Assembly: GCA_030390025.1 (NCBI GenBank)
Contig: CM059432.1
Location: 25,422,001-25,486,000, forward strand
Source: Squalus acanthias
Lineage: Eukaryota
Direction: 5' to 3'
Length of the DNA: 64,000 nt
Position numbers and translations under genes: made by a program. Of this stretch, positions 36,890 to 50,358 are shown one piece after another. The first letter of the stretch is position 1, and each line of letters opens with the position of its first letter. The notes below the pieces were generated by a model. That model saw only the letters and a program-made list of their open reading frames with translations, ran no database searches and had not been told where the DNA came from.

Positions 36890-37530
36890 TGGTAACTCAT
36901 GTTAACAGTAATGGCACATTGAATTAAAGGGAATGCGGCCAATTGGACAGAGGAGTGATTGGGAGGGAAGAAAGCAATCAGTAGGAGTAAAGGAAGCTTT
37001 GTGGAATGGATAGATGTGTTGAGATGGTGTTCCACAGGGTCTGTGTGGGATGCAGTGCACTTATTTACTATATATACACAATCTCTACTTAGCAATAGGG
37101 AACAATACTGAAATTTGCTGATGACACCAATTTCGAGTGGGGTATGCCAAATGTGACGATGACTGTGAAAGAATGCACAAAGTAGCACGTGGATAGGCCA
37201 GAAGGATGGTTTGAATCTCTCCCAGACTAATTTTGCCACTAGCAATAAAAGAGAGTGAGAGGAGACTTTCATCTCTTAGCAACAGCCAGATTACATTTTG
37301 GAGAAAAAAAGACATGAAATTTCTCAATCACTAATACTTGAGCATTGCATTACGAACATGGGAACATAGGAGTTGCTAAACATCATTTCATGTCTCAAAT
37401 TACTCATTAACTGTATCCCAAAATGGTATTTTCTGAAAGATATCGATCTAATTTGCATTTAAATGAATCAATACTAACTGCTTCCGCCATCTCCCTAAAC
37501 AGCCTGTTCCATAGATTGATCGCTCGCTCA
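36890..37530. mobile_element. Highly decayed CR1 pieces (+ strand RT remnant; - strand 3' end)
   Basis: KFADDT remnant near 37110; LWNRL...FKCKLDRYL on the minus strand. Confidence 0.6.
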
Positions 37531-37539
37531 CTGAAATAT

Positions 37540-38640
37540 TGGCCCTGATATTTACGGGGCCGCGCGTTCGGAGCTGGGGTAGGAGTTCGGGAAAGGAAAC
37601 TAGGAAGTACAGGTTTCCCGGACGTCATGCAGATATTAACTGCAGGAATGTCTTTTGAATTATTTTTGACAGGTTTCCCATCTGACAGCCAGCCTGATTG
37701 ATAGGCTTGGCTGCCTCGGGTGGGAAAGCCTGCAGCACAAGGATGCAGCTAATGAGCAGAGAGCAGGTAGGAAGGCAGGGAGAGATCACGGTTGGGAGGG
37801 GTCTCGTGGTGGAGGGGGGATTGTGATCGGGGAGGTGATCATGGTCCAGGGGGTAGATGGTGGTTGGGGTGAGAGATGGTGTTTGGGGGCGCAGACAATC
37901 GTCAGGCGTGAGAGATTGTGGTCAGGGGGGGGGATGCTGGTCAAAGGTGAGAGATTGTGGTCATGGGGTGGGGCGGATGGTGGTCAGGGGTGAGCGATTG
38001 TGGTCGGGGGGGCGGATGGTGGTTGGGGTGAGAGATGGTGTTCGGGGGGGCGCAGATGGTGGTCAACCATGAGAGATTGTGGTCGGGCAGGAGATGGTGG
38101 TTAGGGGTGAGAGAGCATGGCCGGCGGGGGAAGATGGTGGTTGGGGGTGAGAGATTGTGGTCGGGGGGTCACATAATGGTCAGGGGTGAGAGATTGCGGT
38201 GGGGGGTAGATGGTGGTCGAGGGGGGCAGATGGTGGTCGGGGGTGAGAGATCGTGGGGGGGAGGGGAAGAGATCATAGTCGTGGGGGGCAGAGATCACGG
38301 GGAGAGAGAGAGAGAGAGAGCACAGCAGTGGGGGAGATCGCGGGGAGTCAGCGATCGTGGCGCTGGGAGCAGGTCAGCTTGTTGGGGTGGGGGAAGCACT
38401 CCTGTTCCTCCTGGCCCACAAGCAGTGCTGTAAAGGGCACCTACCTTATGGATCTGGCCCGTCTCAGCTCATTTTACCCGCCAGGTTACCCGAGGCCCCA
38501 TAAACCTGTCCAAAATGGATTAAAAATAAAAAGCTTGTTAAATGGAAGCACGCAGCCTCCTTAAAAGCTGTGACCAATAAACCCACCTCCTGAGAGCGGA
38601 TTGGTCGCCCGCCAACCCCCTCCCCCAGATTAGTTTTGCA
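37540..38640. mobile_element. Non-autonomous element related to 8442-9482, with internal G-rich minisatellite
   Basis: Shared motifs CAGCCTGATTGA, GGAAGCACTCCTG and AACCCACCTCCTG. Confidence 0.55.
37850..38300 (+). repeat. G-rich minisatellite, ~38-bp unit GGGGTGAGAGATTGTGGTCGGGGGGGCGGATGGTGGT
   Basis: TGAGAGAT-like motif recurs about every 38-40 nt, roughly ten times. Confidence 0.9.
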
Positions 38641-38739
38641 TTTACCCTCCTTCAAGCGCAGGCCATACTTAGGGAATGCTCCATTATGCGGAATGCCATC
38701 CTTCTGATGAGACATTAGTCCAAGGACCTATCTTGTCTT

Positions 38740-39540
38740 AAATAAAAACAGAACATGCTGGAAATACTCAGCAGGTCAGGCAGCATCTGTGGAGAGAGAA
38801 ACACTTCAGGGGGATAAATACGTTAGCGATTGCCTGGGCGCTAAATTTAGCGCCCGGCGAAAAATCGCGCCGGCGATCGCTAACTTCAGTTTTAGCATTC
38901 CAAGAGGGAGGTGGAGCGCTAATTCAAGCACTCCACTTCCTTCTTAGAGCACGAACCTCGAATATCGGAGCGGTGCGTTCTGCAGCGCTGCCGCATGGAA
39001 GGGCTCTTCCCCTCATTAAAGGGGAGGGCCCAAACCCACAACTCTGCGGGGGTGCCATGCCAGCAACACAGCACTCAAGAGGACTGCCGGACTGTCAAAT
39101 CATGGCATGGACCCCACGTTCAAAGATGCAACTGGCCGCGACAAGTGAGTTGGCCGATTCATTTTTTCCCCACCCGCCACCTCCCTTTTACTTATCGCCC
39201 TGCAAGCCTCCTGCCGCTCTGTTCCCGCCCCCTGAATTGGTCGCTGTCATCGCCCGGCTCAGATTCAGGGGGCGCGGGCCAATTTTGCAGGCGGGGCGAA
39301 AGCGGGGCGATGTGCACGGTGATGACCTTGTCATCGCCTGCGCAGCAGAGCGGGGCGCTGCCGGTTACCGCCGCCGCTGCTAAACTCCCGCTGAATCTAG
39401 CGGGAGCCGTTAGCGGCGTCGCGCAGGTGAAAAGTCATTTGCACCCCGTTAGCGCCCCCCAGGAGCGCTAACGAGAGGCGCAAATGCACTGAATTCTAGC
39501 CCTTAACATTTCAGGTCAATGACCTTTCATCAGAACTCAG
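38740..39540 (-). mobile_element. Mini PLE family A pLTR insertion (~105 bp) inside an old SINE, itself split by a MITE
   Basis: 13-bp TSD CCTATCTTGTCTT (38727-38739, 39541-39553); hammerhead CUGAUGA...GAAA at 39503-39537. Confidence 0.85.
38809..39502. mobile_element. Harbinger MITE
   Basis: GGGGGATAAAT...GAATTCTAGCCC termini; TCA/TTA flanks; TTAGCGC subterminal repeats. Confidence 0.85.
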
Positions 39541-39874
39541 CCTATCTTGTCTTTTCAGGTGACCATTAAAGATCCCACGGCACTATTCAAAGAAGAGCAA
39601 GGCTTTCTCAATGTGTCCAGGCCAACATTACTCGTTCAACCAACACTATCAAAAAGAAACAGATTAACTGGTTATTCATCTGATTCCTGTTTGTGGGACC
39701 TTGATGTGTGCAAATTGGCTTGCTCTCAAAACAACTCTCATTCAAAGTAATTAATTGTATAGGAAGTGCTTTAAGGTATTTCTACATGATGCGATACAGT
39801 GCTGTATAAACGTAAGCCTTTTTTCTTGGTATATCACTGTGAACATTGCTGGTGAGTGAATAGCAATAAGGTTG

Positions 39875-40330
39875 AATCTGACCTCTTTGGTCTCCGACAT
39901 TGTTCCTACCAGGCTCAAAGCAAACTTCAGGAATATCTTATCTTCCTCCTGTGCACTCTGCAGCTCCCTGGTCTGACTTCAACAACTCAGATCTTAGCTG
40001 TCTCACCACTGTTCCTGCTGGTGTCTCGTAGTAGCTGTCATTCTAGTCTGCTGCTTTCTCTTCTATCTAATTGGTTCCACCCACCACATATCTGGTTTAC
40101 TCACCCTTTGTCCAATGTCTGAGATAGCCTTTGTACATGAACAACACTTTACATCTCTACCCCATAATGTTCATATTTATTAATAAACTATTAACATCCA
40201 TTTTCACAAGTAGCTTATTTGAGTGCTATTATCGTTGCTCCACCTCTTTTTGTCCTTGTCTGTCGTATAAAGAGGGTCTCCCAGCCTGACCAACCATGTC
40301 AGATGAAGGATCTCACCCAAAACATGAAAA
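39875..40330 (+). mobile_element. Old Penelope 3' remnant
   Basis: LFGLRHCSYQAQSKLQEYLIFLLCTLQ resembles the PLE C-terminus; decayed hammerhead-like CAGATGAAGG...AAAAC near 40300. Confidence 0.6.
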
Positions 40331-40444
40331 TATTTTCAGACACAAGGCATTTCCACCATTTTCTGTTCATATTTTATTGAACAACATTATTGTGTCTGTT
40401 TGTTTTTGTCTTATAGACACTATCGATTACACCATGGAAATTCT

Positions 40445-40580
40445 CGGGATGTGGGCATCGCTGGCAAGGCCGAAATTTATTGCCTTGAGAAGGTGGTGGT
40501 GGGCCGCCTTCTTCTTGAACCGTTGCAGTCCATGTGGTGAAGATTCTCCCACATTCCTGTTAGGTAGGGAGTTCCAGGAC
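40445..40580 (-). mobile_element. 3' tip of the LINE family seen at 23590-24657
   Basis: Reverse complement of 24495-24640. Confidence 0.8.
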
Positions 40581-43500
40581 TTCTCTGAGCATGCGTCGTG
40601 AGCAGGAGCCCTTACCCGCCAGCCGGGAATTTACATGTCCACCTTGCATAGCCGGAAAATCGTCCCTTATAATGAGGGGAATCTGCTGGAATATTGACCA
40701 TTCTTCTGTGCTCACCTCCTCTCCCTTATCTGTGACCACTAAACACTTCACCTTCACCGCATAATCAGTTCTAATCACTTCGGGGCACTCATACGAATAG
40801 AAATATATCCACTTGACCATACACAATGTATAACACACATTGATTTCCACATTATACTACTCAGCAGTAACAAGGGATTGATAGCAGTGTCAAAGTGTCA
40901 GCAGAAATTACATCACACTTTTCCAGCCCTTGTCCGATAAAAATAAAACTAACGGTAGATATATCAATACCTATCAGGAGTAATGAATTAATAAATGTCA
41001 CTAGAGAATGAGAATTTGGTTATTGTTCGCGCTGGCTTCCTGAAAGCCCTGCTCATTATTCTACTGTGCGGACTGGTCAGATAAAATAATTTAATCAATC
41101 AAACCTCACAAACCTCAAATGGATCTCTTGGCCAGTAGCCAGTGTATAGTCTTCATCTGTCATTCAGTCATTTTGCAGGCTGCTTGGGTCCTCAATTTTT
41201 ATTGTTCTTCAGCTGATCTGAGCTCACCACTGGTCAGTCACTATACTTCTGCGTTCCCAGATCTGTCTCCCTTTCCCACCCCACCCCCCTCACTTCCCAC
41301 CCCTCCCCATACAAAATTTTCTCTACTCCAGGACAGTAATGACCTAGATTGGGATGACATCTCACAACAGCTTGCAGCCCTCACCCATGTGCCAAGTGTT
41401 TGTGTGTGTCAAATAACGGGCAAGCCTAGACTTCCACTGCTGGCCGCAGGTTGCGGTGGGGTAAGTCGAGTGGCCAGTAGTAGAAAATGGGTGGGAATGC
41501 CATCCGCCTCGTCCCACAGCATAGCTTGTGTGTGTGGGAACCATGGCCTCAAACAGGGAGGCACTTCATTTAAATAGTCATTTGAGGGCAAGACTGCCTT
41601 CATGCCATTGTCTGAAGCTTGCAGGACATCATTTCTAAAGGATGGTTGTGTGTATGGGCATCCAGCATTGCTAGGGGCATATAATATGTACATTATAGTT
41701 TACTGTAGCATTTGCATGTAATTGAGTCTGTTGAAAACCTTTTACATATTTTCAACTTTGGCTTTTATGCTGGATATAATTTTAGGTTACAACATCCCAG
41801 ACAGCTCCCACAGCTGATGTCTTGCTACCTATGTCTAAGAGAGTGTTTTTACTTGCCTAAATAGCTAGGTAATTTGTAGAATTCTCAAGGATGGAACAAA
41901 GGAACCTCATAGAATCATAGAATGGTTACAACATGGAAGAAGGCCATTCGGCCCATTGAGCCCATGCCAGCTCTCTGCAAGAGCACCTCAGCTAGTCCCA
42001 CTCTCCCGCCCTTTCCCCGTAGCCCTGCAATTTTTTTTCCTTCAGATACTTATCCAACTCCCTTTTGAAAGATAAGGTTGAGTCCGCCTCTACCACCCTT
42101 TCAGGCAGTGCATTCCAGATCTTAACCACTCGCTGTGTAAAAAAGTTTTTTCTTACGTCGCCTTTGGTTCTTTTGCCAATCACCTTAAATCTGTGTCCTC
42201 TGGTTCTCGACCCTTCTGCCAATGGGAACAGTTTCTCTCTATCTACTCTGTCCAGACCCCTCATGACTTTGAACACCTCTATCAAATCTCCTCTCACTCT
42301 TTTCTGCTCCAAGGAGAACAACCACAACTTCTCCAGTCTAGCAACATAACTGAAGTCCCTCATTCCTGAAATCATTCTCGTAAATCTTTTCTGCACCTTC
42401 TCTAAGGCCTTCACATCCTTCCTGAAGTGTGGTGTCCAGAATTGGACACAGTACTCCAGTTGGGGCCAAACCAGTGTTTTATACAGGTTCATCATAATTT
42501 CCTTGCTTTTGTACTATACCTCTATTTATGAAGCCCAAGATCCCGTAAGCCTTTTTAACTGCTTTCTCAACCTGCCCTGCCACCTTCAATGATTTGTGCA
42601 CACATACCACTAGGTCTCTCTGTTCATGCACCCCCTTTAGGATTGTACCACTTAATTTATATGTCCTCTCCCCATTCTTTCTACCAAAATATATCACTTC
42701 ACACTTTTCTGCGTTAAATTTCATCTGCCACGTGTCCGCCCATTTCACGAGTCTTCCTGAAGTCTATCACTCTCCTCCTCACTGTTCACTATACTTCCAA
42801 GTTTTGTGTCATCTGCAAATTTTGAAATTGTGCCCTGTACACCCACATCCAAGTCATTAATCTATATCAAGAAAAGCAGTGGTCCTAGAACCGACCCTTG
42901 GGGAACACCACTGTATACCTTCCTCCAGTCCGAAAAACAATCGTTCACCACTATTCTGTTTCCTGTCACTTAGCCAATTTCGTATCCATGCTGCCACTGT
43001 CTCTTTTATTCCATGGGCTTCAACTTTGCTGGCGAGCCTATTATGTGGCACTTTGTTGATGCCTTTTGGAAATCCATCTACTTCAACCGCATTACCCTCA
43101 TCAACCCTCTCTGTTACCTCATCAAAAAACTCGATCAAGTTGGTTAAACACGATTTGCCTTTAACAAATCTGTGCTGGCTTTCCTTAATTAATCCACACC
43201 TATCCAAGTGCCTGTTAATTTTGTCCCTGATGACTGCTTCTAAAAGATTCCCCACTACCACGGTTAAACTGACTGGCCTGTAGTTGCTGGGTTTATCTTT
43301 ACACCCTTTTTTGAACAATGGTGTAACATTTGCAATTTTCCAGTCCTCTGGATCCACCCCTGTATCTAAGGAGGGGATTGGAATATTATGGCCAGTACCT
43401 CCACGATTTCCGCCCTCAATTCCCTCAGTATCCTAGGATACATCCCATCTGCTCCTCGTTATTTATCTACTTTAAGTACAGCCAGCCTTTCTACTACCTC

Positions 43501-45894
43501 TTCTTTATCAATTTTTATCCTATCAAGTGTCTCCACTACCTCCTCCTTCACTATGTCTATGGAGCATCCTCTTCCTTGGTGAAGACTGATGCAAAGTACT
43601 CATTTAGTACCTCAACCATACCCTCTGCCTCCATACATAGGTCTTTTTGGTCCCTAATCGGCCCCACCCCTCCTCTTACTACCCTTTTATTATTTATATG
43701 CCTATAGAAGACTTTTGGTTCACCTTTTATGTAGCCTGCCATTCTATTCTCATACCCTCTCTTTGCCCTTCTTATTTTCTTTTTCACTTCTCCTCTGACC
43801 TTTATAGCCTGATTCTCAAATGTATTTGCAACCTGTCATATGCGCTCTTTTTCTGCTTCATCATATTCTCTATCTCTTTTGTCATCCAGGGAGCCCTGAC
43901 TTTAGTTGTCCTGCCTTTCCCTCTAGTGGGAATGTACCTCAACTATACCTGAACTATTTCCTCTTTAAAGGCAGCCCATTGCTCCATTACAGTTTTGCCT
44001 GCCAATCTTTGATTCCAGTTTACCCAGGCCAGATCCATTCTCATCCCACTGAAATTGGCCTTCCCCTAGCTAAACATTTTTACTCTAGACTGCTCCCTGT
44101 CCTTTTCCATAGTTAATCTAAACCTTATGATACTATGATCACTGTTCCCTAAATGTTCACCGACTGACACTTGCTCCACTTGACCTACCTCATTCCCCAG
44201 AACCAGATCCAGCAATGCCTCCTCCCTCGTCGGGCTGGGAACACACTGATCAAGAAAGTTCTCCTGAACACACTTCAGAAATTCTTCCCCTTCTCTGCCC
44301 TTAACAGTCTATATTAGGATTGTTGAAGTCCCCCATTATCACTACTCTATAGTTCTTGCACCTCTCTGTAATTTCTCTGCAAATTTGCTCCTCCATATCT
44401 TTCCCACTATTTGGTGGTCTATAGAATACACCTAGTAGTGTAATGGCACCTCAATTATTTCTTAACTCTAGACATATAGATTTTGTCTTTGACCCCTCCA
44501 GGACATCCTCCCTCTCCAGCACTGTAACATTCTCCTTAACCAATACTGCCACACCATCTCACATCTTTCCTTCCCTATCTTTCCTGAACACCTTATAACC
44601 AGGAATATTTAATACCCAATCCTGCCCTTTTCTGAGCCAGGTCTCAGTTATTGCCACAAGATCATATTCCTATGTGGCTACTTGTGCCTGCAGCTCACTT
44701 ACCTTGTTTACTACACTTCGTGTGTTCACATACATACACTGTAAACCCATCTTAGACCATCCTGTATTCTCTCTTAGTTTGACCCCACCTAATACCTTAC
44801 CATTTCTTACTTTAGTGCTCTCTGCCTCTTCCAATCCTTTGAGCACTTTATTTCCCCTTTCTAATGTTACATCCTGGTGCCCATCCCCCTGCCAAATTAG
44901 TTTAAACCCTCCCCAACAGCACTAGCAAACCTCCCCGCGAGGATATTGGTACCGGCTCTGTTGATGTGCAACCCGTTCGGCCTGTACAGGTCCCACCTCC
45001 CCCAGAACCGGTCCCAATGCCCCAGGAATCTGAAGCCCTCCCTCCTGCACCATCTCTCCAGCCACACATTCATCTGCTCTATCCTCCTATTTCTATACTC
45101 ACCCGCGCGTGGCACCGGAAGTAATCCGGAGATTACTAGCTTTGAGGTCCTGCTTTTTAATCTCTTTCCGAGCTCTCTATAGTCTGCCTGCAGGACCTCA
45201 TCCCTTTTTACTACCTATGTCATTGGTACCGATATGGACCACGACCTCTGGCTGTTCACCTCCCCTCTCAGAATGTTCTGCAGCCACTCAGAGAGATCCT
45301 TAACCCTGGTACCAGGGAGGCAACATACCATCCTGGAGTCACATCTGCAGCCTCAGAAACGCCTGTCTGCTCCCCTAATTGTTGAATCTCCTACCACTAT
45401 TGGTCTCCCACTTTTCTTCCTCCCGCCCTGAATAGCTGAGCCACCAGTGGTGCCATGGACTTGGCTCTGGCTGTACACCCCTGAGGAAACATCACCCTCA
45501 CCAGTACTCAGATCAGAACACTGGTTGGAGAGCGAGATGCACTCAGGGGACTCCTGCACTACCTGCCTGGTCCTCCTCTTCTGTCTGGTGGTCACCCATT
45601 CCCTCTCTGCCTGCGCACTCCTTAGCTGTGGGGTGACCACCTCCTGAAACGTGCTATCCACGTAGCTCTCAGCCTCACGGATGCCAGCGACGCCAGCTGC
45701 CGCTCAAGCTCCGAAACCCGGAGCTCGAGCTCCTCCAGCTGACGACTCCTCCTGCACACGTGGTTGTCCAGGACTCGGGAAACGTCCTGGAGTTCCCACA
45801 TGGCAAAGCATATATATTCCATGGGACTGAGCTGCCCTGCCATCCCTCTATTTGATAGACTATTAACTAACTTACAGAAAAAAACTTAAGACTA

Positions 45895-46740
45895 GGGCTG
45901 GATTTTCCAAGCCCCGAGGAGGCGGGCATGGAGGCAGGACAGCCGGTAAACTCGGAAAAAGTGGGGGCGGATGGCAAACCCACCCCCATCCCGCCTCCGT
46001 GCCCATTTGCCAGGAGGCGGGAAGATGTGCAGCTTCGGGTCCCGTCTCCTGGAGGCGGGAAAGGCATTTAATCCTTTTAACTGCCTGTTCACAGGTTGTT
46101 AATAGGCAGAAAAAAGGATTAGTGCCATTTTACCTTCACAGGTGAAGGCTTCCCGACCTCGGAGAACCCCGCTGGGTTGGAGGAGACGTGGAGGAGGTCT
46201 GCACCGGTCGGAGGCACCTGGAAGTAAGGTGTAGAGGTGAGTGATGGGTGCAAGTGTGGAGTGGTAAGTATGCAAGGTGAGTGATAAGTTTAAAAAAGTG
46301 TTCACTTACCTTGTTTTCTTCCTACAGCCTTTAGCCGTGGTGGATCGGGAGAGCCGACATCCTGCTTGTCAATTTCACAGAATGGCTGTTGGAACCTCCG
46401 TTCCTACAGACATGTGAAATTTACAAATTTGAAAGGTTTGGTGAGTCCTGAACACAAGGTCTCATCAAACTAAAGAGAATGTCAGTGTTTGACAGCTTCA
46501 CAGAGCTGTCAAACGCTGACATTTCTTCTTTCAAGAAGTCTTGACAGATAGATCACGTCAACGTCAGACGTGCTGTCAGTGACTTCCTCCCTAATTGACC
46601 TGCTGAGCCCGCAGGGCGGGCTTAACAAGGTCAATCAGGGGAAAGTCCCTCTGGTTGGTCAGGCTAGGATGGAGGCGGGACATTGACACGAGAAGCAGCT
46701 GTCCCGCCTCCAACTCGCCTCCATTCACAAAATCCAGCCC
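45895..46740. mobile_element. Harbinger-type MITE
   Basis: Perfect 12-bp TIR GGGCTGGATTTT / AAAATCCAGCCC; flanks CTA / TAA. Confidence 0.88.
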
Positions 46741-46743
46741 TAA

Positions 46744-47564
46744 GAAATTCGGCTCCTTTGCACCTGCTATTAGTGCCTCCAGATGGTGCTAACAGGGGCG
46801 CAAAGGCTTTAACGCCCGGGGGGGGGGAGCGGGCGAAAAATGTACCTCCCGAGAAATTCGGTGGGGCATTGTTGAGGCGCTATCCGAAAGCGCCGTGCCC
46901 CCGCCAGTAGTGCACCGGCCGCTGTGTCGCCGGCAAAAACGTCATCGCCGTGCGCTGCGACCCCTTAGCACCGCGCCGTGGCCTCTTAACGCCCCGTGGC
47001 AGAAATTTGGCTGCGCCCCACGAGGCTGCCAAGGGCGATGTCAGCGCCAGCCTTGTGGATCGCGAGCCGGGCCGACCTCCGCTTACAGGGCGGTATTTAA
47101 AGGGGAGGTGTGATTGTGACCCACGCCGCCATTTACTATTTTTGGCCGATCTCCAGGTCGGCCCTCCGTGGTGAGCCGTGCCATGGTCCTGGCCGCCTTC
47201 GCGCAGCCCGGCACTGCGTTTCGGCGCCGGGCTGCGGCCGTGGCACCACGCCATCCTGGTGGCCTAGTGTGGGCCATTAGAGGCCCTGCAGAGTGCACAA
47301 TGGCCCTTCCCTTTAACTGAAAGGGAGGGGCATTGAAACACGGCAGCGCTCCGCGGAGCCTCCGCCGTGGGCTGCCGATCGCGCCCAGACATCGCCTCGA
47401 TTACTGCCCCACCATAAGTGGAGCGCCTGACATTGTGCTGAAATTCCTGTGCAGGGCGGTAAGCCGAATTTAGCGGACAGGGCGGTAGTTCTGCGCCGGG
47501 TGCTAAATGTCCGGCATTAACTCGGTTAACGCCCCCAAAAGGAAAGTAACCGAATTTCGCGCCC
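46744..47564. mobile_element. Harbinger MITE (left TIR disrupted)
   Basis: GAAATTCGG...CCGAATTTCGCGCCC then TTA; subterminal similarity to the left end of 49850. Confidence 0.8.
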
Positions 47565-47633
47565 TTAGAATCTTAAAAGTCGAGCCTACCTTTATCTCCG
47601 GCTGCTTCTTTCGCTCTCTTAGTTAAAGTCTTT

Positions 47634-48271
47634 GGGGGCAAAATTCGGATGCTTTGCGCCTCTCGTTAGTGCCCTAAGAGGGCGCTAACGGGGCGCAAAG
47701 CAACTAGCGCCCAGGCGCGGCGCCGCTAACGCCTCCCGCGAAATTCAGCGGGAGGTTAATGGCAGCGGTAACTGGTAGCGCCCCGCGGCGCTGCACCTCC
47801 AGCAATGACGTCATCACCGTGCGCAGTGCCCCACTCGTGCCCCACTCGCGCCCTGGCCACAAACTTTGGTAGCGCCCCCTGACTTATCGCCAGACGCTAT
47901 GTCCGACAGGGTCAGGGGGGCGTATGTGCAGCCGGGGCGGAGTTAATCAAAGGGGAGATGCCGGGTGGCCATTTTTTTTGCTGGCCGCCTGCCAGCACCT
48001 GCCCCCTTTGCCGTCCCCGGCCTCCTCTGCAGCATCCCCATGGGGTGCCGGTACCCCGATCCCTGGTGGCCCAGTTGGGCCCCGGGTCACGCTGCGCAAG
48101 GCCCCTCCCTTTTAATAAGGGGAGGAAGGTCTACAGCACGTAGCTCCACGATATTCCCTGGTAGCACCCCAAGAGGGAGCGAGAGCACCTCTCCCTCTTG
48201 GGGTGCTATCAGCGAATTTTGGGCACGGGGGCGCTAATTTTTTTGGGGCGCCCCGGCGAAGTTCGCGCCCC
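47634..48271. mobile_element. Harbinger MITE
   Basis: GGGGGCAAAATTC...GAAGTTCGCGCCCC, TTT on both sides; about 60 subterminal nt closely match 49871-49930. Confidence 0.88.
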
Positions 48272-49696
48272 TTTATTCACATGATTATTTATAGTTATAT
48301 TAATTAGTTTCCCTAGTTACGTTAGAGAGAATAAAACACTGGTACTCACCCATCAATCACCTACCTGCAGTCCTGTGACGTCACTCCTTGCTTTTGCTGT
48401 TCTGCTGGAATTCGGCGGCCCCGCACTCTTTATCCTGCGCTGCTGCCGATTCCTCTCAGGTCCGCTGTCCTCGGGCCCCGCGCTCTTTATCCTGCGCTGC
48501 AGCCTCTGCTGCCGATTCCTCTCAGGTCTCATTTTACTTTGACTCAAGGCTTTTATTGTATGCACTCACCTGATCTTCCTTTATTTCGGAGCAAAATGAA
48601 CACTTCACTAGATTGTGACTTAGACTTTAACTGCCAAGCAAACGTATTCAACAGTAGACGTTACTGTAGTTATTAAGGTTACAACTTGCTCCTCAAGTAG
48701 TAATTAACAAATAGGTGAAATTGCTGCACTAATCTATGGGCCTGGAAATCATAATCCACGCATATTGGGCCTGAAAAACCACAGTTTCTTCAGGAACCCC
48801 TGGAGCGCAATAGCAGCAACTGGAGGCAGATTCTGGTGAAGGACCTGGTTCCACTGGTTCTCCATCCTATATGTCGATGCCAAATTCCAGAGGGGTGCGA
48901 GCGGGCGGTTCCTGTGGCAAGGCCCCTTTAAACTGGTGTCATGGAAGGAGGTGATACTGGTGAGTTGATGCCACCTGCTGGAATTCCCAACAATCCCCAC
49001 CCTCGGCCCTCCCTGTGGGAAGAGGCAGACAGTACTTCTAAGAAGAAGGAAATGGGGGCACTAGATCCTGAAAGGCTAGTTTCCTTACAGCAGCTGCTCA
49101 CAAAGCAATCAGCTGCTCGAAGGAAAAAGGCTCTGGAGAGTGGCCTAATTTTTATATTTTCTTCAATTTTCTCTCAGATCCGCTGGCACATGTCCCCAGC
49201 ACCTGGCTAATACCACTAGTTCTATGCCAACCTTCGGAGTTTTTCCATTAAGTTTGTACTCGTGTTCTTTGTTTTCCATCCCAAAATGTATTACCTCACA
49301 CTTCGCCACATTAAGTTGCATCTACCATCTGCCCATTCTACTCACCTATCTAGGTCCTCCTGAAGCATTTTATTGACATACTCGCTGCATGTCAAATCAA
49401 ACCCCCTACTCTTGTGTCATCAGCAAATTTTGATTTGTACTCTCCAAGCTCAGTCCAACTCATCGATATAGACCAAAAAAAAAAGTGGATCCAGCACCCA
49501 GCACCAGCCAGAGGTTCCAAACCTTCTCCAATCCAAGCAACACCTTTTTACCTTATATCTTAATTTTCGGTCTGTCAGCCAATCTTCTATCCACGTTACA
49601 AAAGCAAAATACTGCGGATGCTGGAAATCTGAAATAAAAACAGAAAATGCAGAAAATACTCAGCAGGTCAGGCAGCATCTGTGGAGAGAGAAACAG

Positions 49697-49733
49697 AGTT
49701 AACGTTTCAGGTCGATGACCCTTCGTCAGAACT
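49697..49733 (-). ncRNA. Minimal type-I hammerhead ribozyme (PLE family A), intact
   Basis: AGUU-CUGACGA-AGGGUCAUCGACCU-GAAA-CG-UU-AACU, with palindromic AACGUU. Confidence 0.85.
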
Positions 49734-50358
49734 GGAAAAAGCTGGAGATGGAACAGGGTTTTAAGCAAGTGCAGGGACAGGGAGCGGGGTGAGAGGAGGA
49801 AAGAACAAAAGGGAAGGTCTGTGATAGGATGGAAGGCAGGAGAGATTAAGGGGTAAAAATTCAGTTGGTTGCGCCTCCCGTTAGCGCCTTAAGAGGGCGC
49901 TAATGGGGCGCAAAGCCGCTAGCGCCCGGGCGCAGCGATGTTTGCGCCGCTCGGAAACTTAACTAGACATTGTGCGGCGGCGCTAAACCTTACCGCCGCG
50001 ACCACCTGCGCGCGCAGATTGTGACGTCATTCCATGGTGCAACGCCCTTGTGGCGCCCCGGAGCGGAAATTGAGTGGCGCCCCCTGCCTTACCGCCTGGC
50101 GCATCCAACGACCGGAAGACTGGAACGCTATCAATCGCTGTGGGCTGGGGGGGGCGCTATTTAAAGGGGCCTCTTCCTGTCTTTTTCTGTGGTTGACATT
50201 TTTGCACCACTCGTTCTGAGAGAGAGAGAGAGATTCGGAGAGAGAGAAAGAGAGACTTCTGCATTGAGTCAACGCTTTGTGAGGTAGTTTTGCCTACTGA
50301 TCCTAACTTCGCTGGTACTTTGGTTGCTGTCCTTCATTACTTTGCTTGCAAAGAGACT

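Larger units (their letters stand above)
41908..48570 (-). mobile_element. Near full-length degenerate CR1 (5' UTR, ORF1 ~44897-45843, ORF2), with MITEs inserted in the 5' UTR
   Basis: ORF1 LELRVSELERQL, VVGDSTIRGADRRF, NGLHIN, AVGEGLN*; ORF2 fragments ending GERAGEWD*; TGACGTCA at ~48376. The 5' boundary is inferred. Confidence 0.88.

Noticed and set aside
29340..38300. Tandem arrays considered as CRISPR-like
   Set aside because: Eukaryotic context, no unique spacers, no cas genes.
38703..38712. CTGATGAG resembling a hammerhead core
   Set aside because: Part of the SINE central domain, with no stem II or GAAA following.
40560..41693. Short ORFs in unique DNA
   Set aside because: No motif or splice support.
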